From a virus (taxonomy: Duplodnaviria; Caudoviricetes): a DNA stretch of 41,861 nucleotides. The stretch is from IMG/VR virus record IMGVR_UViG_3300043473_000010, positions 1 through 41,861 of that record; one strand, 5' to 3'. This document shows, in pieces, positions 33,203 through 41,486 of the stretch. The notes beneath the pieces are model-generated. The model saw only the letters and a list, made by a program, of their open reading frames with translations. It was not told the origin of the DNA and did not search any database. The position numbers and the translations under genes are program-made. The stretch's first letter is position 1. Every line of letters begins with the position of its first letter.

Positions 33203-35001
33203 ATAGTTTCCTCCAGGTCCTGATAGTTGGCCCCGTAGCTGCCATCGCTCAGCATGGGAACATCAAATTCTACATCGGCCATGCACTCGGACAGGATAGC
33301 CATTTCTTTCTTCATGTCCTCCGGCGGGCAGGACATATTCATTTCATCATAGACCTGTACCGTGAATGCGCCGTTTTGGCAAGCGGCGTCATAATTAATG
33401 ATGGCCTCTTTCGTGCAATCCGCCGCACTACCTTGGATAAGGTAGTTGAGTAGCTTGTACTCATAGGTCTGGCGCTTACCCGTTTCGGGGTCAACCGTGG
33501 GCTCTTCGCAATAATATAGACGACCTCCCCAAGTCCGGATTGGCTTATCCAGATAGACCAGAGCCTTAATTTCGTTCTGCACTTTTCGGATGCCCGGTAT
33601 GGCCTGATAGTACGCATTCTTCAACTCCTGTGCGCGTTCGCGAGTGCAGCCCAGTTTCGCGGCCATGGAGGGTGCCCCGGCCCCGTACAGAATGCTGAAC
33701 GCCGTGGTCTTCACGTCTTTACGGGGCAGCTCTATTCCCGTGTTGATGTTGATAAGCTGCCGCGCCAAGTCGTGAAAGTCTATCTTGGGGTTCAGGTTGT
33801 ACTGGTCCATCATCTCCCCATCCTCGTAGTGCGCGAGGATGCGAAGCTCTTGCTGTTGATAATCCCGACGGCACCAGACATGGCCTTCCTCCGGGAGTAG
33901 ATACCGGCGCATCAACGGCAGCGCAGGCCACCCCTCCGGAGGCGGTGCTACGAACAGCTTGGGGACATTCAACAGATTGGGATCCTGACAAGTCGCCCGG
34001 CCCGTGCGTGCTCCACCTTTCCCGTGGCTGTACTCGCCTCGCACTTGGTTCCAGGTTGGATACATCCGCCCGGTACGGGCCGCAAGTCGCAGCCACGGTT
34101 CCATAAACGTACCGATGCAGGTATTGAGCGAACCACGATAGCCCAATAGGGCAGCGAACGGGTGCCCTTGCATGGCGGTAGCCATGTTTTTCTTTGAAGT
34201 GCTACGCCGCCCCGTAGGGGTCAGCACCCATGCAGGATTTAGCCCCGCCGCGTCCATTGCGTTGGCGAGGTCGATATCGCTGTCAATATTGAGATGCGGA
34301 GTCCGAAGTGCCCGCCGTATTTCAACATCAACATCCAGAAGCACAATCTTATAGTACTCAAGGTCGCTTGCCAGTAGTTCCGTATCAACTCGTACTCCCC
34401 GTAGACTGGATTTATGTAGGATGGGTGCTAGGCGTTTTTCCCGCTCGTACGCCCGCACCATATCCGCGTGTTCTATCTGCGGGCGCAGAAGCTCGTGCAG
34501 GCCGGACGTCATACGGACGTCATCACCCGCGTATGCTCCCACTAGGTCGCCCGGTGCTTCGCTGATGTGGGCACCCCAACTCTTCAGCTTGGCCCCCGGC
34601 ACATTCAGCATGACCCACTCGCGTACTGCATCGCGGGTGGACGGCGGTATTCCTAACAGCCGCTCGGCGCTAGGCTTGAGGCTCAGGTCGCTGTGCGGGT
34701 GCAGGAGGAACAGCTCGAACAGAGTGTCTTCCCACTCCTTGGGCCACGGCAGGCCAAACTCTTCCGCCGCGATTAGCAGGTCAAAGGCCGACCCGTTGTG
34801 AGTTACGATGGGCTGATGCCATATATCCGCCAGTGCTCGCTTGGCATCTTCCCATTGGCAGTTGTTCCGGCTTGGATGCCCGTAGGCGTAGTATCGGCCT
34901 GTGGGCTGACCTTCCAACTGGATTGCCACCCCGACGCTCTTAGGTGGAAAAGCATCGGGCCGAAGCCCGATGCTCTTTGTTTCAAAGTCTATGGTTGGCA
35001 T
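33199..35001 (-). CDS. polA: Family A DNA polymerase with 3'-5' exonuclease
   Basis: DFET exo I, HN..FD exo II, YA.DD exo III, RTGR, motif A DYQQQELRILAH, motif B K...F.ILYG, IQGSAAD, motif C VYDE. Confidence 0.95.
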   Translation of the reverse strand: MPTIDFETKSIGLRPDAFPPKSVGVAIQLEGQPTGRYYAYGHPSRNNCQWEDAKRALADIWHQPIVTHNGSAFDLLIAAEEFGLPWPKEWEDTLFELFLLHPHSDLSLKPSAERLLGIPPSTRDAVREWVMLNVPGAKLKSWGAHISEAPGDLVGAYAGDDVRMTSGLHELLRPQIEHADMVRAYEREKRLAPILHKSSLRGVRVDTELLASDLEYYKIVLLDVDVEIRRALRTPHLNIDSDIDLANAMDAAGLNPAWVLTPTGRRSTSKKNMATAMQGHPFAALLGYRGSLNTCIGTFMEPWLRLAARTGRMYPTWNQVRGEYSHGKGGARTGRATCQDPNLLNVPKLFVAPPPEGWPALPLMRRYLLPEEGHVWCRRDYQQQELRILAHYEDGEMMDQYNLNPKIDFHDLARQLININTGIELPRKDVKTTAFSILYGAGAPSMAAKLGCTRERAQELKNAYYQAIPGIRKVQNEIKALVYLDKPIRTWGGRLYYCEEPTVDPETGKRQTYEYKLLNYLIQGSAADCTKEAIINYDAACQNGAFTVQVYDEMNMSCPPEDMKKEMAILSECMADVEFDVPMLSDGSYGANYQDLEETI

Positions 35002-35004
35002 TTC

Positions 35005-35223
35005 CTACCGTTTGACGGACAGCGTGACCGAGTTGTGGGTTCGGGACACATAGGCGATTTCCTTGCCTTTGGTGGTATCCCAAATCTGGACGAACTTGTG
35101 CTTTCCCTCCATAGCGATTGTGATGGCGCGGGTTGCGGCCCGCATTCCGTGCTTGTAGCAGTAGTGCGAATTGATTGCTCTGCCCGTACCATTGACAAGG
35201 ATAATGGGCTTCTTTCCAGCCAT
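35005..35223 (-). CDS. Small basic hypothetical protein
   Basis: AGGAGG RBS carrying the CACCAC motif; fits between neighbours. Confidence 0.7.
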   Translation of the reverse strand: MAGKKPIILVNGTGRAINSHYCYKHGMRAATRAITIAMEGKHKFVQIWDTTKGKEIAYVSRTHNSVTLSVKR

Positions 35224-35248
35224 TTCTACCTCCTGTGGTGGACTACGT

Positions 35249-36010
35249 TTAACCGACCTTGGATTTCTTCGCCGGACCGGCAGGTGCCGGGGCGGGTGCC
35301 TCCTCGATCTTTTCGTACGGGAAGTTGATGCTCTTCATGATGTGGCTGTGCTTGTTCCACAGCGCCGTGAGGACATCATCGTCCGTTATCTTCGCCTTGA
35401 GCTCGAAGTTAACGGTGAACTGGCTGCGGGCGTCGGGCAGCAGGAACATCCGGGTGATAACGGCAAACGGGGCCGTCTTGTGCGCCGCGAGCAGATGGGT
35501 GTACGACGCCCACTTGACCACGGACATCACCGGCACGCGGGCGTAGGCCTCGGTAGCCGACATGATCTTCCCCGGCTCCTTCAGGATATCCAACGGCAGG
35601 ATAGCCAACCGGCGAATCTCCTTGCACCCCTTGCCGCGCCCGCCTTGAATATCGCTCTTCCAGGCATCCATCGGGCACCCCTCACAGGTCTCGTGGATGG
35701 GCTTCTCCACGTTCTCGTGCGGGGCCATATCGGGCACGTTGCCCTCGGCGTCCGCAATGCCGAAAGCGTAGCAATCCGGCGCGGTGATGACGTTGGGGTT
35801 GTACGGCTTGGAGTAGAACGTGCGCTCGTGGCAGTGTCCCACGACCACGCACTCGATGGAGTTCCCCGGCAGCGGGGTGTCGTTGTAGGACATAACGCCC
35901 GACTTGAACGACATAAACTTCCCGCTGAGGACCTCCGACGCTGCGGTGGCTGCGGCAATCTTGCCCAACCGCTCCGTCCAGTTCACAACTGCCGTGCTTT
36001 CTTCTGCCAT
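35249..36010 (-). CDS. Conserved replication-module protein, possible ssDNA-binding/annealing protein
   Basis: PDC, C.GCP, GKGCK..RRLA motifs; upstream of polA; function inferred from context. Confidence 0.55.
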   Translation of the reverse strand: MAEESTAVVNWTERLGKIAAATAASEVLSGKFMSFKSGVMSYNDTPLPGNSIECVVVGHCHERTFYSKPYNPNVITAPDCYAFGIADAEGNVPDMAPHENVEKPIHETCEGCPMDAWKSDIQGGRGKGCKEIRRLAILPLDILKEPGKIMSATEAYARVPVMSVVKWASYTHLLAAHKTAPFAVITRMFLLPDARSQFTVNFELKAKITDDDVLTALWNKHSHIMKSINFPYEKIEEAPAPAPAGPAKKSKVG

Positions 36011-36022
36011 TCTGATACCTCT

Positions 36023-36427
36023 TTAGAGTTTGGAGATAGATACGGAATACTGCTCGAAGTGCTCCACACCGGGAATTTCTTCCCCGGCTTCCCACCGCTC
36101 CGCAATGGCCGTGACAGTCAACCGTGCGTGCATCAACTCCCACGCGCCATTAGCGACGATGTACTCGCGGATCTTTCCCCAGTCGCCTGCCGTGGGGACG
36201 TCCTTAGTATTCAGGCGTACCATGTGCTTCGTGGACGCCAGTGCGCCGGACTTGGCCTCGCGCATACGCGCGATCAGCTCGTCCTTGTAAACGTCTTCGC
36301 TTTCCTTAAACAGGACCGACTGGCGGTCCAAAGCAAGCCGCTTTTCCCGCGTAATCTGGTAGACCTCTACCAGTGTCACATCGGGCAGCGCCTTTGCTTC
36401 TTCTATCAACTTCGCATCTTTCGACAT
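36023..36427 (-). CDS. Conserved phage hypothetical protein
   Basis: Start MSKDAK at 36427 behind GAGGAG; [13 protein letters not shown] motif. Confidence 0.75.
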   Translation of the reverse strand: MSKDAKLIEEAKALPDVTLVEVYQITREKRLALDRQSVLFKESEDVYKDELIARMREAKSGALASTKHMVRLNTKDVPTAGDWGKIREYIVANGAWELMHARLTVTAIAERWEAGEEIPGVEHFEQYSVSISKL

Positions 36428-36743
36428 GGAACTCCTCTGTGGTGGGAAACGTAAGTGCTGAACTTCTACGGCCCTTGCGCTGCGCGTCACGTATATTCTG
36501 TAGAGCCGTCCCCAGAAACAAGTGGGCCGGGTTGCAGCACAGACGATTATCGCAGGTGTGGCAGACATACATACCCGTGGGGATGACACCGTTTGTCAAC
36601 GCCCACGCTGTTCTGTGGGCGCTAAACGATTTGGACCCATAGTTGAATCGCCCATACCCGCGACCGTTCTGTCTTCCAAGCCAAGGCCAACATTCGGTGT
36701 CATTGCCTGAGCTGACCTTGGACCAGAGAAGGGCGGGTTGCAT
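36306..36743 (-). CDS. HNH endonuclease
   Basis: [35 protein letters not shown]. Confidence 0.9.
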   Translation of the reverse strand: MQPALLWSKVSSGNDTECWPWLGRQNGRGYGRFNYGSKSFSAHRTAWALTNGVIPTGMYVCHTCDNRLCCNPAHLFLGTALQNIRDAQRKGRRSSALTFPTTEEFHVERCEVDRRSKGAARCDTGRGLPDYAGKAACFGPPVGPV

Positions 36744-36748
36744 ACTAC

Positions 36749-36778
36749 ATTATAGCAGCCCGCCCCTATTTCAAGCAA
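36749..36778 (-). promoter_or_regulatory. sigma70-like promoter with extended -10, directly before the HNH start
   Basis: TTGCTT - 18 bp - TATAAT, preceded by TGC. Confidence 0.7.
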
Positions 36779-36784
36779 GGGTGA

Positions 36785-37246
36785 TTACGCGTCGGGCGCG
36801 GGGTCGTTGGCTTCGGGATTGGACTTCTCGCCCAGGAGCGCTCCGCAGTCCCACTCGATGATTTCCTGCGTCTTGGCGGGGATGATGTATGCTTCCTGCG
36901 CCGGTACGTGGACCGCTTCCACAGTCTTCACACCCACGACCTTCGCCTTGCAGATGGCCTTGCGGTAGAATACAAAGCGAACGTTGACGGACCCAAAGTC
37001 TTTGGACATCGTGAAGATATCCTCGCTGTAGGTCTTGCGGAACGTGCCCAGTGCCTTCGCCAGATTACGTGCGTCTTGGTCCGTGTTGACCGCGTAGTTC
37101 GTGATGGGGTCGGACGGGATGGGGATCAGCGGGTTGGCATCGTAGAAGTCTGCCAGATTACGGAGGCCCGTGGTGTACTCACGGCGGGCCGCGTCTGCGA
37201 GCTGCTCTTCCTTGGTGGGTTCGTTTGCTGCGATAATTGGTTCCAT
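36785..37246 (-). CDS. Hypothetical protein
   Basis: GAGGA RBS with CACCAC motif; coding-like composition. Confidence 0.75.
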   Translation of the reverse strand: MEPIIAANEPTKEEQLADAARREYTTGLRNLADFYDANPLIPIPSDPITNYAVNTDQDARNLAKALGTFRKTYSEDIFTMSKDFGSVNVRFVFYRKAICKAKVVGVKTVEAVHVPAQEAYIIPAKTQEIIEWDCGALLGEKSNPEANDPAPDA

Positions 37247-37263
37247 GCTTTCCTCTGTGGTGG

Positions 37264-37653
37264 TTAGACTACGTTTCGTACTCTTGAATCTTTATTTTCA
37301 GCTAGCGCCTTTCGCTGCGCTCGCCGTACCGCATTGTGACATTCTCTATGACGATGATTGTAACGCCCAACAGTGATCACTTCACTGGCGGGGCCATACT
37401 TCTTGCAATACTCGCACTTCAACCAATTTGGGTTGCCGCAAGCATTCATAGCATCCGTCCGTTGGTGAATGAGCTTGTGGTATCGTTGGTCGGGACACAC
37501 CACAAGATTAGATGGGTCGTTGTTTTTCACATTCCCATCCACATGGTGGACTAGCTCGGGATGCTTTAGTCTGCGCCCCAAGCGAGTCTCCACCATAATG
37601 TCGCTCACGTTCCTTGTTTCGCCGTTATGCCTGCGGCGCAAGTGCTCGGACAT
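37264..37653 (-). CDS. HNH endonuclease
   Basis: E.RLGR.L...ELVHHVDG...NN.PSNL......H...H; start reassigned to ATG 37653. Confidence 0.85.
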   Translation of the reverse strand: MSEHLRRRHNGETRNVSDIMVETRLGRRLKHPELVHHVDGNVKNNDPSNLVVCPDQRYHKLIHQRTDAMNACGNPNWLKCEYCKKYGPASEVITVGRYNHRHRECHNAVRRAQRKALAENKDSRVRNVV

Positions 37654-38491
37654 TCGCCACATCCAGCATCGCATTCCACAAGCCGACGTTAATGCGAACT
37701 GTTTCGTCAACTCGTTTAACCGGAGCAGATACGTAGACGCGGCCACTGGCGTTCACGCCCTGTACTCCGCCTATCGTCACCAACCATCTTTGAGCGTGAT
37801 TGTAAACGCTCCAGGCTGACAAGTTATAATCCTCCTTCAGCCACGGGCTCATCGCAAGGTCCGCCGGGATGACGCTGGAACCGTGCGGCCACCGGACCGC
37901 AATGGCGCGGGCGAAGTAGGCGTGCATCTGTGCCTCCGTAATGACGGCATCCTTGAGCCTCTCGGCGATGCGCATCTTCTCGGGCAGCACTCGCATAAAC
38001 TCCGTGCTCAGCTGCATCGCAGTCACGCCTTGGGGTCCGGCTTGCCGCATGGTGTGATGGGCCTTCACGCTGCCCATGATCTCGCCCCACACCAGACCAT
38101 TCGTACAGACATGGCGGAATGCGCCGTCAAAGTATTTCCAGCTCGCCGTGCCGTCGTGGGCGTTCATAATGATGGCCTCCGGCACAAACTCGTCACCACG
38201 AGCATCTTGGTGGCGCATCCGGATGAAGTGGCGGGCATAGGCCCAACGGTTCATGTCACGAACAAATTTCTGGCCTGCGGCGGTGACCTGCCATCCTTCC
38301 TGCCGCATGGCTTCGATCATCTGTATCGTACTCACGAACTGGTACGTGTGCTTCGTACGCTCCGGGTGCGGAGCTTCTGCGAAGATGGCCGGGGCCACTG
38401 CCTCCAAATCGGCATTGGTGGCGTTCGTAAAGTTCTTGATCTGCAACGCGCCTTGGGAGGGCGCGTAGCGAACTGTGCCTGCGATGTTCAT
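37625..38491 (-). CDS. DUF932/DUF945 family protein
   Basis: APAIFA..PH, Y.FVST, EGW, H.IR.R, NAHDG, FRHVCTNGL. Confidence 0.85.
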   Translation of the reverse strand: MNIAGTVRYAPSQGALQIKNFTNATNADLEAVAPAIFAEAPHPERTKHTYQFVSTIQMIEAMRQEGWQVTAAGQKFVRDMNRWAYARHFIRMRHQDARGDEFVPEAIIMNAHDGTASWKYFDGAFRHVCTNGLVWGEIMGSVKAHHTMRQAGPQGVTAMQLSTEFMRVLPEKMRIAERLKDAVITEAQMHAYFARAIAVRWPHGSSVIPADLAMSPWLKEDYNLSAWSVYNHAQRWLVTIGGVQGVNASGRVYVSAPVKRVDETVRINVGLWNAMLDVANVRALAPQA

Positions 38492-38536
38492 TCCTGCTCC
38501 TTGGTGGGTGGGCCGGGTTGCCCCGGCCCGGTTGAG

Positions 38537-38743
38537 TTAGATGGTGCTCTTCAATGCTTCTTCAATGGCTTCGTCCAACGTGGCCCCGTGGCCGAGCCAT
38601 CCGTCGTCCTTGTAGCCTTCTTTTTCGGGACTGGTCGGCTTGCCGAGGTCAATGTTGTATCCACCGTCGCCTGCGGGGAAGATCAAAATCGCGCAGCCCT
38701 TTTCCGCAGCGCGGTCTACCAACTTCTTCAGCTGTCCGTACAT
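38537..38743 (-). CDS. Small early hypothetical protein
   Basis: AAGGAG RBS before ATG 38743; GHGATLDEAIEEAL. Confidence 0.7.
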   Translation of the reverse strand: MYGQLKKLVDRAAEKGCAILIFPAGDGGYNIDLGKPTSPEKEGYKDDGWLGHGATLDEAIEEALKSTI

Positions 38744-38784
38744 TTGAATCTCCTTTCGTGGTGTGAAACTTCTGCTATACATAC

Positions 38785-38813
38785 ATTGTACGCTCGAAGC
38801 AGGCCGAATGCAA
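38785..38813 (-). promoter_or_regulatory. sigma70-like promoter
   Basis: TTGCAT - 17 bp - TACAAT. Confidence 0.8.
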
Positions 38814-38840
38814 GTTCTAATTTTGCCCCGGCCCGAACTT

Positions 38841-39071
38841 CTAAAGAGTGACTTGCTTCAAGTAATCCAATGCCTCGCCAATGCAATCGTTGGCATCCTC
38901 CAACGAGGCCGCGTTTACGAGGAACGTTTTATTTTTCGGTGCCTGCGGGGCCGTCTTCATAAGCTCGTCGTACACGGCCCGTTCTTCTGGGCCGATAGTT
39001 TCCAGTATTTTCTTGGCGGACTTGAGATATTCAATCGCCACGTTGGTCTGGTGAATCCGGTTAAAGTCCAT
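38841..39071 (-). CDS. Small helical hypothetical protein
   Basis: GGAAGAAG leader; overlaps the upstream gene. Confidence 0.7.
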   Translation of the reverse strand: MDFNRIHQTNVAIEYLKSAKKILETIGPEERAVYDELMKTAPQAPKNKTFLVNAASLEDANDCIGEALDYLKQVTL

Positions 39072-39438
39072 CTTCTTCCTTTCGTGTACAGCATCCCATT
39101 TCGCACTTGGGCGCGGTAAGCGTCCACCGATGGTTACAGGCTACGATCTTCGCAAGTTCTTCCGGCAGGGATATTCTCCTGGCGAAATTGGCCTGCCGGT
39201 AGGCTTCTTCCTCGTCGTCCGCATGCACGAGCATCGTGTAGGTGAACGTCGCTTCCCACAGGTTGGAATCGTGGGCGCTGCGCCGGTAGCGTTCGTCCTT
39301 GGCCCCTTTCCTGTTGACGTCCATCGTCACCATGTTTCCGTACATGGTGGCAATTTCGTTAGAGGGGAAGATATTGCGGGAAGCGGCGCACTTACTGAAC
39401 GCCGTTTCCCCGCACTTCGTGCAGAGGTAGTTAGACAT
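39061..39438 (-). CDS. Cys-rich hypothetical protein
   Basis: Start MSNYLCTKCG; CxxC and CNH...C...CC. Confidence 0.65.
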   Translation of the reverse strand: MSNYLCTKCGETAFSKCAASRNIFPSNEIATMYGNMVTMDVNRKGAKDERYRRSAHDSNLWEATFTYTMLVHADDEEEAYRQANFARRISLPEELAKIVACNHRWTLTAPKCEMGCCTRKEEDGL

Positions 39439-39736
39439 TGTTATCCACCAGTGCGGCTTCGCAAACTTCGCGCTTGGTCTTGTACGGCCCCGCAGCTTCC
39501 CCATCTGGCAGACAGCCGGGGGAACAGGACCACCAGTACCAACCTTCTTCTTCGGGCCAGTCTGCCTCGGCACCTTTGAATCGCTTGAGCTCTTCGCCCC
39601 GCAGGTAGAAGATTTCTATATTTCTTGCTCGGCACTTGGCCTGCAATTCGTTATCGGCTTGTTCTGCGGCCGAGGGTAAATTCAACGGCCCGTCGCCGTG
39701 GCGCGGGTAGAGGGATGCACCCATTTTCCAAGTCAT
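39431..39736 (-). CDS. Hypothetical early protein
   Basis: AAGGAG RBS; GWYWWSC.PGCLPDGE..GPY motif. Confidence 0.7.
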   Translation of the reverse strand: MTWKMGASLYPRHGDGPLNLPSAAEQADNELQAKCRARNIEIFYLRGEELKRFKGAEADWPEEEGWYWWSCSPGCLPDGEAAGPYKTKREVCEAALVDNNV

Positions 39737-39738
39737 TT

Positions 39739-39942
39739 CTAATTCTCCTTTGTGGTGAGATCGCGTTGGTTGCCGTACCACCGGACGTTCCCCATCGCGA
39801 GGCTAGGGTTCGGTCGGCCGACATAGGTTGCGTGGCGGTCGTCCACCTTTATCCAGGGGAACTCCGTGCCTGCCACGCGCAGGCAAAACTCTTTATCGTT
39901 GGTCCGGAATGCCGTGCCAACGGGAATTTGATCAAAGGTCAT
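39739..39942 (-). CDS. Small early hypothetical protein
   Basis: MTFDQIPVGTAF start with GGAG RBS; ATGA coupling. Confidence 0.65.
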   Translation of the reverse strand: MTFDQIPVGTAFRTNDKEFCLRVAGTEFPWIKVDDRHATYVGRPNPSLAMGNVRWYGNQRDLTTKEN

Positions 39943-40184
39943 AGCTCCACTCCTTCTGGCCAGATGGTCTGCCACTGGCCGCTAAAGCCTTCGGTCCTGA
40001 CGCTCGTGGGGCCAAGGTGGCTCTGGCCCGTGGCGATAATCTGGCCCGTGGGGTCTTTTTCTATCCAGGGCTTCGCCCCGGTCCAGAAGTGCGCGGCGCT
40101 TTGGGCACCTTTCAGGGTCTTGTACCATCGGGTCGTCTTGCTAAACCCGGCAGCACTGACGAAAACGTGTAGACGGATGGCCAT
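39939..40184 (-). CDS. Small early hypothetical protein
   Basis: Start MAIRLH directly after the previous stop; YKTLKGAQ motif. Confidence 0.65.
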   Translation of the reverse strand: MAIRLHVFVSAAGFSKTTRWYKTLKGAQSAAHFWTGAKPWIEKDPTGQIIATGQSHLGPTSVRTEGFSGQWQTIWPEGVEL

Positions 40185-40185
40185 G

Positions 40186-40470
40186 TTAGAGACGCCCGAA
40201 AAGCCAATCCAACACCGCTTCGGTGTTGGGGTTGTGCTGCGGGGCCGGGCGTTCACCATCAACAGCTTCTAAGAATTCGCTGTCGCCCATTGCCATAAGA
40301 TCGTCGCTTGCCGCCTGCGCGTCAAGCTCTTCCGGCAGGTATTCAAGACCTACACGATCCGTAACATCTTTCATGTGTACCGGACCGGTGGCAAGGTTAC
40401 ACGAAACCAACGCATGGATCGCCCGCACAAGGCCGGGATATTCCATGTTCCTTCTGTTCTTATACATCAT
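40186..40470 (-). CDS. Early hypothetical protein
   Basis: AAGGAG RBS before ATG 40470. Confidence 0.7.
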   Translation of the reverse strand: MMYKNRRNMEYPGLVRAIHALVSCNLATGPVHMKDVTDRVGLEYLPEELDAQAASDDLMAMGDSEFLEAVDGERPAPQHNPNTEAVLDWLFGRL

Positions 40471-40506
40471 TTCTAATTCTCCTTCGTGGTGGGGTGCAAC
40501 AAGACC

Positions 40507-40537
40507 ATTATACCGCAGGGGCGGCACGATGGGTCAT
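40507..40537 (-). promoter_or_regulatory. Probable sigma70-like promoter with weak -35 and AT-rich upstream region
   Basis: TATAAT at 40507-40512; A/T tracts at 40538-40690. Confidence 0.5.
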
Positions 40538-40726
40538 CTTTTTAACTTTTTCAGGGTGTGCGAACAAACCGCACGAAATTTGCCGTGGGGCAAAAGCAGA
40601 ATAACGATTTCGATTAAGAACATCATTTTATTTTCCTAAGGAGAAAGATTTATTTTTTCTGCCGTTGGGTGGGCATTTCTAAAATCACTGTGGGCCGGGG
40701 CATTCACAGTCGGTTTTAGAAATGCC

Positions 40727-40745
40727 AAAAGCCCCTTTCGGGGCT
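40727..40745 (-). terminator. Intrinsic terminator after 40765..41202
   Basis: Minus strand GCCCC-GAAA-GGGGC-TTTT. Confidence 0.75.
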
Positions 40746-40764
40746 AGTGGCTTTTCGGCTAGGC

Positions 40765-41202
40765 TTACGCCTTGGCGGTTTCGGTGGTCGCCGGGGCCGG
40801 GGCCGTGGCAACCGGGTTCAGCGTAATAAACCCGTGGGCCAAATCCCACGCAATGTTGGCCGTCAGCAAGGCAAATTTTCCCTTGTGCCCGGCCTTGGCG
40901 GAATTTTCCATGCACGCGGCCAAGGTCTGGCCGGGCACGTAAAATCCAAACGCGGTATGCGCCGCACAGCCCGCGCGTTTCGGGTTGGGCACAACGGTCG
41001 CCACGGTCTGTTGCAGGTGGAAATTCGCCCGCGTAACGTAGCGCGGCGCTTTCGCCGGGGCCACGGCATTCGCCGCAACCTGCGCGGGCGTAATCGCCGT
41101 GGTTTTGTTTTCGGCCGGGGCCGGGGCCGCTTGCGCGGGCGTGGTCACAACGGGCGTGCTAGGCGCTTGCGCGGCCTTTTTCGTGCTGTTACGCTTTGCC
41201 AT
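40765..41202 (-). CDS. First gene of the - arm; Ala/Pro/Thr-rich protein with NPKR...WDLAHGFI domain
   Basis: GGAG RBS, own promoter and terminator; paralogous to the C-terminus of 29143..29808. Confidence 0.8.
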   Translation of the reverse strand: MAKRNSTKKAAQAPSTPVVTTPAQAAPAPAENKTTAITPAQVAANAVAPAKAPRYVTRANFHLQQTVATVVPNPKRAGCAAHTAFGFYVPGQTLAACMENSAKAGHKGKFALLTANIAWDLAHGFITLNPVATAPAPATTETAKA

Positions 41203-41262
41203 TTTTCAACTCCAATGGTGGTGGTTTGGCAAGGGCCGGTCGGCCCCTGCACAGGTACATAG

Positions 41263-41279
41263 AGCAAGGGCCGTGCCAA
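41263..41279 (-). promoter_or_regulatory. sigma54 (-24/-12) promoter
   Basis: Minus strand TTGGCACGGCCCTTGCT matches the YTGGCACGNNNNTTGCW consensus, about 60 nt upstream of ATG 41202. Confidence 0.7.
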
Positions 41280-41486
41280 GACGCCGCTCGGGGGCCAAGT
41301 ATTTGGACGGACCCATTAGCGGGCCGTAGGCGGGCGAGAGGGTGGCGGTAGCTGCTAGGGTAGTACCGGGTGGGCCTGGAGCGCTTGTGGTCGCGTTTAG
41401 CAGGCTTGCCGGGGCTCTGTAGGGTGCGGGGCCAGTACCGGGCCGGGGCCAATGCCGGCAAGACCACAATGGGAGCATGGGTACTC

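Noticed and set aside
32631-35001. Group I intron or intein in polA associated with the HNH
   Set aside because: polA is uninterrupted with all motifs present; the HNH lies downstream of its stop
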